A DNA stretch of 64,000 bases from positions 832,001 to 896,000 of the forward strand of contig OZ239628.1 of the NCBI GenBank assembly GCA_965195345.1. The letters run 5' to 3'. This stretch comes from an uncultured Thiomicrospira sp. (lineage in GTDB: Bacteria; Pseudomonadota; Gammaproteobacteria; CAKMZV01). This document shows, piece after piece, positions 60,247 to 64,000 of the stretch (position 1 is its first letter; every line of letters starts with the position of its first letter). The translations under genes were made by a program, and so were the position numbers. The notes beneath the pieces are model-generated. The model ran no database searches. It had not been told where the DNA came from and saw nothing but the letters and a program-made list of their open reading frames with translations.

Positions 60247-61244
60247 TTTCTGAACTGCCCGAAAAGTTTGAGGCGAGCGATGCCTCCATCGGGATAGATA
60301 TTGATGCGTATGTAATTAATAGTATCGTGTTTTGAGACGTATGTGTTATTGAAGACGTGTGTGCAATTCATATCCAAGGGCGTTTTTAGAACTAATTCAG
60401 GCCAATACATGCTTTGGGAAATAATGGCTTTTTCGGTAGTCGCTTGTACATTCGCTGCTTGAATGGAAAAAGCATGAGGGAAATTTCCTTTAAAAAAACG
60501 TGTGTCAACGCAAAGATGTTTGATGTGCGCTGGCTTAGCGAGGCGAATGATGCCCCAGTCGTTTCCAGGCTCGCGCCTACGTCTTGTTTCCCAGCCATCA
60601 GCCATGTTCAATGGTTCGTGCTCAAAAAGAATATTTTCAAGACAACCGAAGTGTTCGTCGTTGGCATAGAGCGCATGGGCACCGTTGTATATGGAAATTA
60701 CGTTGGAATCCTTTTCATTGAATAGCGTCTCATCAAAATGCACTTTGCCATAAGCTCGAAAGCGAGCGATGCCTCCGTCTGGGTACATTGTTATCTTAAG
60801 GTGCGTTATTTTTTCATTGCTTGAAGCGTCGAAAAAATTGTGTGTGTTTCCTTGTAAATCAGTGGGTGCTAGCAACGATAACGATTTAAATAAACAATCG
60901 TTCTCTACAAAAGCTTGTTCTTGTTCAACAGATAAATTAAAACCCTCAATTGAAATTGCAGGCGTGTAATTTCCAGTAAAGTGACGAGTATCAATGTCAA
61001 ATTCAGTTATGGAACCGCTTGCTCCCAATCGTAAGTAGCAAAAATCATTTTTACCATCACGTCTGCGTCGCGTTTCCCATCCGTCCATCCATTTGCCATT
61101 ATCATCGTATTTTCCTTCGATGAATAAAGGTTCAGAGGTTTGTAACATCCTATCAGCAGCTCCGAAGAATTCATCGCTGCAATGAATAACAGTTGTTCCA
61201 AGCGCGCCGCTTGCGAGATTGGTTAATGATGTTTTTTTTGACAT
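60243..61244 (-). CDS. alc: Allantoicase
   Basis: Duplicated DGWETRRRR and PDGGIAR motifs. Confidence 0.96.
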   Translation of the reverse strand: MSKKTSLTNLASGALGTTVIHCSDEFFGAADRMLQTSEPLFIEGKYDDNGKWMDGWETRRRRDGKNDFCYLRLGASGSITEFDIDTRHFTGNYTPAISIEGFNLSVEQEQAFVENDCLFKSLSLLAPTDLQGNTHNFFDASSNEKITHLKITMYPDGGIARFRAYGKVHFDETLFNEKDSNVISIYNGAHALYANDEHFGCLENILFEHEPLNMADGWETRRRREPGNDWGIIRLAKPAHIKHLCVDTRFFKGNFPHAFSIQAANVQATTEKAIISQSMYWPELVLKTPLDMNCTHVFNNTYVSKHDTINYIRINIYPDGGIARLKLFGQFRK

Positions 61245-61250
61245 ATTTTT

Positions 61251-61778
61251 TTACTTTTTGGTCGTGTAAATTTGTTGTATTCGTATTCCTGCAATTTTAT
61301 TTATTTCTTCGAGAGCTTGAGAATACTCAATAAATGTTTCATTGTTAATCCGTTGTTTAAATACGTCAATGATTTCAATTTTACTACGCCCCATCACCGC
61401 TAATATGAAAGGAAAAGAGTGTTTCTTGACATAATCTTGATTTAGTGTATTGAATAAAGCAATTTCCTCATCATTGCAGGAATTCAGTCCCGCAGATTTT
61501 TGTTCAACTGTAGAATGTTCAGTTAAAACGTTTTGCTGCATTTTTTTTCCAGCCAATAGAGGATGAGCCAAAATAAGCCCTTCCAGTTTGTCACCATCTG
61601 CAGCCAACATGGTTTCGCTAAGTAACTGGTGGAAGGAATTTAGATCATTATATTTGCTGTTAGAACAAACTTTTGGGTAAGCGCTTTGTGCGACCCATGG
61701 GGCATGTTCGTATAGACTTGCAAAAGCCTCCATATAACTTTGTTCGCTGAATTTTCCAAGATCGTGGGGATAGAGCAT
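61251..61778 (-). CDS. uraD: OHCU decarboxylase
   Basis: YEHAPWVA, AHP.LAG, S..EQKSAGL, FPFILAV. Confidence 0.94.
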   Translation of the reverse strand: MLYPHDLGKFSEQSYMEAFASLYEHAPWVAQSAYPKVCSNSKYNDLNSFHQLLSETMLAADGDKLEGLILAHPLLAGKKMQQNVLTEHSTVEQKSAGLNSCNDEEIALFNTLNQDYVKKHSFPFILAVMGRSKIEIIDVFKQRINNETFIEYSQALEEINKIAGIRIQQIYTTKK

Positions 61779-61820
61779 GCGTTATTGGTTCAGGATTAAA
61801 ATAGGAGTAAAGATAGCATT

Positions 61821-62735
61821 TTAGAAATGGTTGTGCCAATGTTTTGCTATATCTATGCGAGAGCAATACCAAATGCGATCAAAGTTTTTAGTGTACTCAA
61901 TAAACCGTCTTAAAGCCATTATACGACCGGGTCTGCCCAAAAGACGGCAATGCATGCCTACTGACATCATTTTTGGTGCCTGCTCTCCTTCAAGATACAA
62001 AGCATCGAAAGTATCCTTTAAATATTGATAAAACTGTTCGCCACTATTGAATCCTTGAGGGGTGGCAAAGCGCATATCATTAACATCCAAAGTATAGGGG
62101 ATAATTAGATGTTTATTGCTAACATCATCAGCCCAGTAGGGCAAATCATCATTGTATGCATCGCTGTCGTATAAAAATCCACCCGTTTCAACGATTAACC
62201 GACGAGTATTAGGGCTATTTCGCCCTGTGTACCAACCTTGTGGTGCGCGGCCAGTGAGGTTATGGATTATGTCGATGCTTTTTTTAATGTGCTCTTTTTC
62301 GGTTTTTTCATCTATAAACTGATAATCTATCCAACGATACCCATGCGAGCAAATGTCGTAGTCTCTATCTGCAAGGTAACGTGCTAATTGAGGGTTTCTC
62401 TGCAAGGCCATCGCAACAGCAAAGATAGTAATGGGAATGTCAAAGGATTCAAAAAGCTTTAGCAATCGCCAGATGCCAACACGTGAACCGTATTCGTAGA
62501 TAGACTCCATGCTAAGATGACGATCGTCTCGATAAGCTGTGGCAGAGATTATTTCTGATAGAAACGTTTCTGAATGACTGTCTCCATGGAGGATGCAACT
62601 TTCGCCGCCTTCCTCGTAATTCAGTACGAATTGCAGGGCGATTTTTGCTTGTCCTGGCCATTTAGGATCGGGTGGGTTATTAGCATAACCCACTAAATCT
62701 CTTGGGTATTTTTGATTGTATGTTTGCTTGATCAT
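61821..62735 (-). CDS. puuE: Allantoinase PuuE (polysaccharide deacetylase fold)
   Basis: YPRDLVGY, FVLNYEEGGE, ESIYEYGSRVG, HCRLLGRPGR. Confidence 0.96.
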   Translation of the reverse strand: MIKQTYNQKYPRDLVGYANNPPDPKWPGQAKIALQFVLNYEEGGESCILHGDSHSETFLSEIISATAYRDDRHLSMESIYEYGSRVGIWRLLKLFESFDIPITIFAVAMALQRNPQLARYLADRDYDICSHGYRWIDYQFIDEKTEKEHIKKSIDIIHNLTGRAPQGWYTGRNSPNTRRLIVETGGFLYDSDAYNDDLPYWADDVSNKHLIIPYTLDVNDMRFATPQGFNSGEQFYQYLKDTFDALYLEGEQAPKMMSVGMHCRLLGRPGRIMALRRFIEYTKNFDRIWYCSRIDIAKHWHNHF

Positions 62736-63419
62736 CTATAGGTCTCTATCAAAAGAGGCGCGATCTGGATTAATCAGCCATTGATGTAAAGAATAAGCAC
62801 TATCCATTAAAGCAATAGGGGAGAATTGCTTCAGTTGTGCCACCGAGTGTGCTCCATATGTCATACCTATTGAGTCCATGCCTAATGTTGCTGCCATTTC
62901 TAGATCGAAAGTAGTATCTCCTATCATCAAAGCTCGTTCTACAGGGGTGTCCATCGTTAATAAAATTTCTTCAAGCATTAACGGATCGGGTTTGCTGCGT
63001 GTTTCATCGCAAGTGCGTGAAGTGTGAAAATAATGAGAAAACCCAGTTACTTCAGCGCTTAAGTCTTTGTCCAACCCTCGGCGACTCTTCCCAGTAGCGA
63101 CAGCAAGTTCAAAGCCTCGACTTTTCAAGTCAATAAGCATTGTTTCAATGTCAGGGTAAGGAGCGCTTGTTGAAGAATTAAGGTGTATGAACTGTTCTAT
63201 ATAAGCTTTATTAATTTGATTGCGAACGTCATCGTTTTGATCTGGGTGTAGTTGAGCGATGGCTTGGTGTAAGCCGAGCCCGATAATTTGACGAATTTGA
63301 TTGTATGTTTGTGGAGAGACACCTGCTTGTTTTTGAGCAGCTTGCATGCAATTAACAATGCGTGAACTGGAATCCATAATCGTTCCATCCCAATCAAAAA
63401 TAAGAAGAGAGTATTGCAT
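62736..63419 (-). CDS. HAD-IA family hydrolase
   Basis: FDWDGT, ATGKSR.GL, SKP.P, MIGDT.FD. Confidence 0.92.
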   Translation of the reverse strand: MQYSLLIFDWDGTIMDSSSRIVNCMQAAQKQAGVSPQTYNQIRQIIGLGLHQAIAQLHPDQNDDVRNQINKAYIEQFIHLNSSTSAPYPDIETMLIDLKSRGFELAVATGKSRRGLDKDLSAEVTGFSHYFHTSRTCDETRSKPDPLMLEEILLTMDTPVERALMIGDTTFDLEMAATLGMDSIGMTYGAHSVAQLKQFSPIALMDSAYSLHQWLINPDRASFDRDL

Positions 63420-63769
63420 AATTGTTTATAGTGAATTATAGTAATTAATGAACATATTCATAGTGTCCTCATATTCAACCGATAACTAAAGTAGCGATGT
63501 TAATGTCCCAGCTGTGAAGTAAACATTTTTGGAAGCTTCTTTTTTTAACATTTACAGTCTAAAACAGCGTTGATCACCTAACATTATATAGCCATAAATA
63601 CGGGTGAGGCGTAGTCTTGTGTCTGCTAATTGATTAGATTTTGTGATGTTTTTTTTAAAAGTTGAAAGCGCGGTGATCAAATGAAGAAATGTGATTTTAA
63701 GGGAAATCATTTTTTTTGAAGTTTTTGTGACATCTTATCTCATTTTCATTAGAGATTTTATAAAGTAAT

Positions 63770-63778
63770 TGGTATAAT
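63770..63778 (+). promoter_or_regulatory. Extended -10 promoter element upstream of coxB
   Basis: TGgTATAAT about 100 bp upstream of a GGAG RBS and ATG. Confidence 0.5.
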
Positions 63779-63874
63779 TGCGCCCACTCAAAGGTAAGGG
63801 TGTGTTTTTAAACACCTTTGCTGAGTAATAAAAACTTTAGCCTACCTAATTCTTATCATTCTGGAGAAACCTCA

Positions 63875-64000
63875 ATGCGTGAATGGTTCATTCGTTTTAC
63901 GTCGTCATTTTGCTTGATGACTCTCGCAACATCTGCGTCAGCCAATATAAACTCGTCCAATGGGTACAATTTACCTATAGGAGTCACCTCTTTGAGTCGA
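63875..64000 (+). CDS. coxB: Cytochrome c oxidase subunit II, N-terminus (runs off the window)
   Basis: Signal peptide then YNLPIGVTSLS, matching the N-[LM]-x-x-GVT-x-x-S start of gammaproteobacterial CoxB. Confidence 0.7.
   Translation, partial: MREWFIRFTSSFCLMTLATSASANINSSNGYNLPIGVTSLSR

Overview
Bacterial chromosome segment, most likely a gammaproteobacterium (fabA-fabB, dnaQ, lepA-lepB, ileX-type tRNA, YfhL, YfaZ). It has two halves. (1) About 1-30.7 kb is an AT-rich, partly decayed accessory region running from the 3' end of a tRNA-Ile2(CAU) gene. It looks like a tandem stack of integrated elements: a 17-bp att duplicate at 22730 and a third degenerate copy of the island end at about 3846-3914. 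It holds an Ig-repeat/FG-GAP lipoprotein, a catalase-like::LodA fusion with LodB, an LRAT protein, and a Sec-signal SpvB/Rhs polymorphic toxin locus with orphan C-terminal modules, one of them Tlde1-like. It also holds an intact CBASS CapV next to a broken CD-NTase, Phd/Doc, a nuclease-STAND NTPase, a traG remnant and a frameshifted P4-type integrase. (2) About 30.7-64 kb is largely intact backbone: housekeeping genes, a complete purine catabolism cluster and the start of coxB. It also holds a tightly coupled four-gene operon (MotA/TolQ/ExbB channel, two ExbD/TolR-like membrane proteins, and a membrane-anchored tandem FGE-sulfatase-fold protein). I could not assign this operon to a known machine and regard it as the best candidate for an undescribed system. 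A six-LysM lipoprotein with a cysteine pair in every repeat is also unusual. All calls come from reading motifs by eye; no database searches were run.
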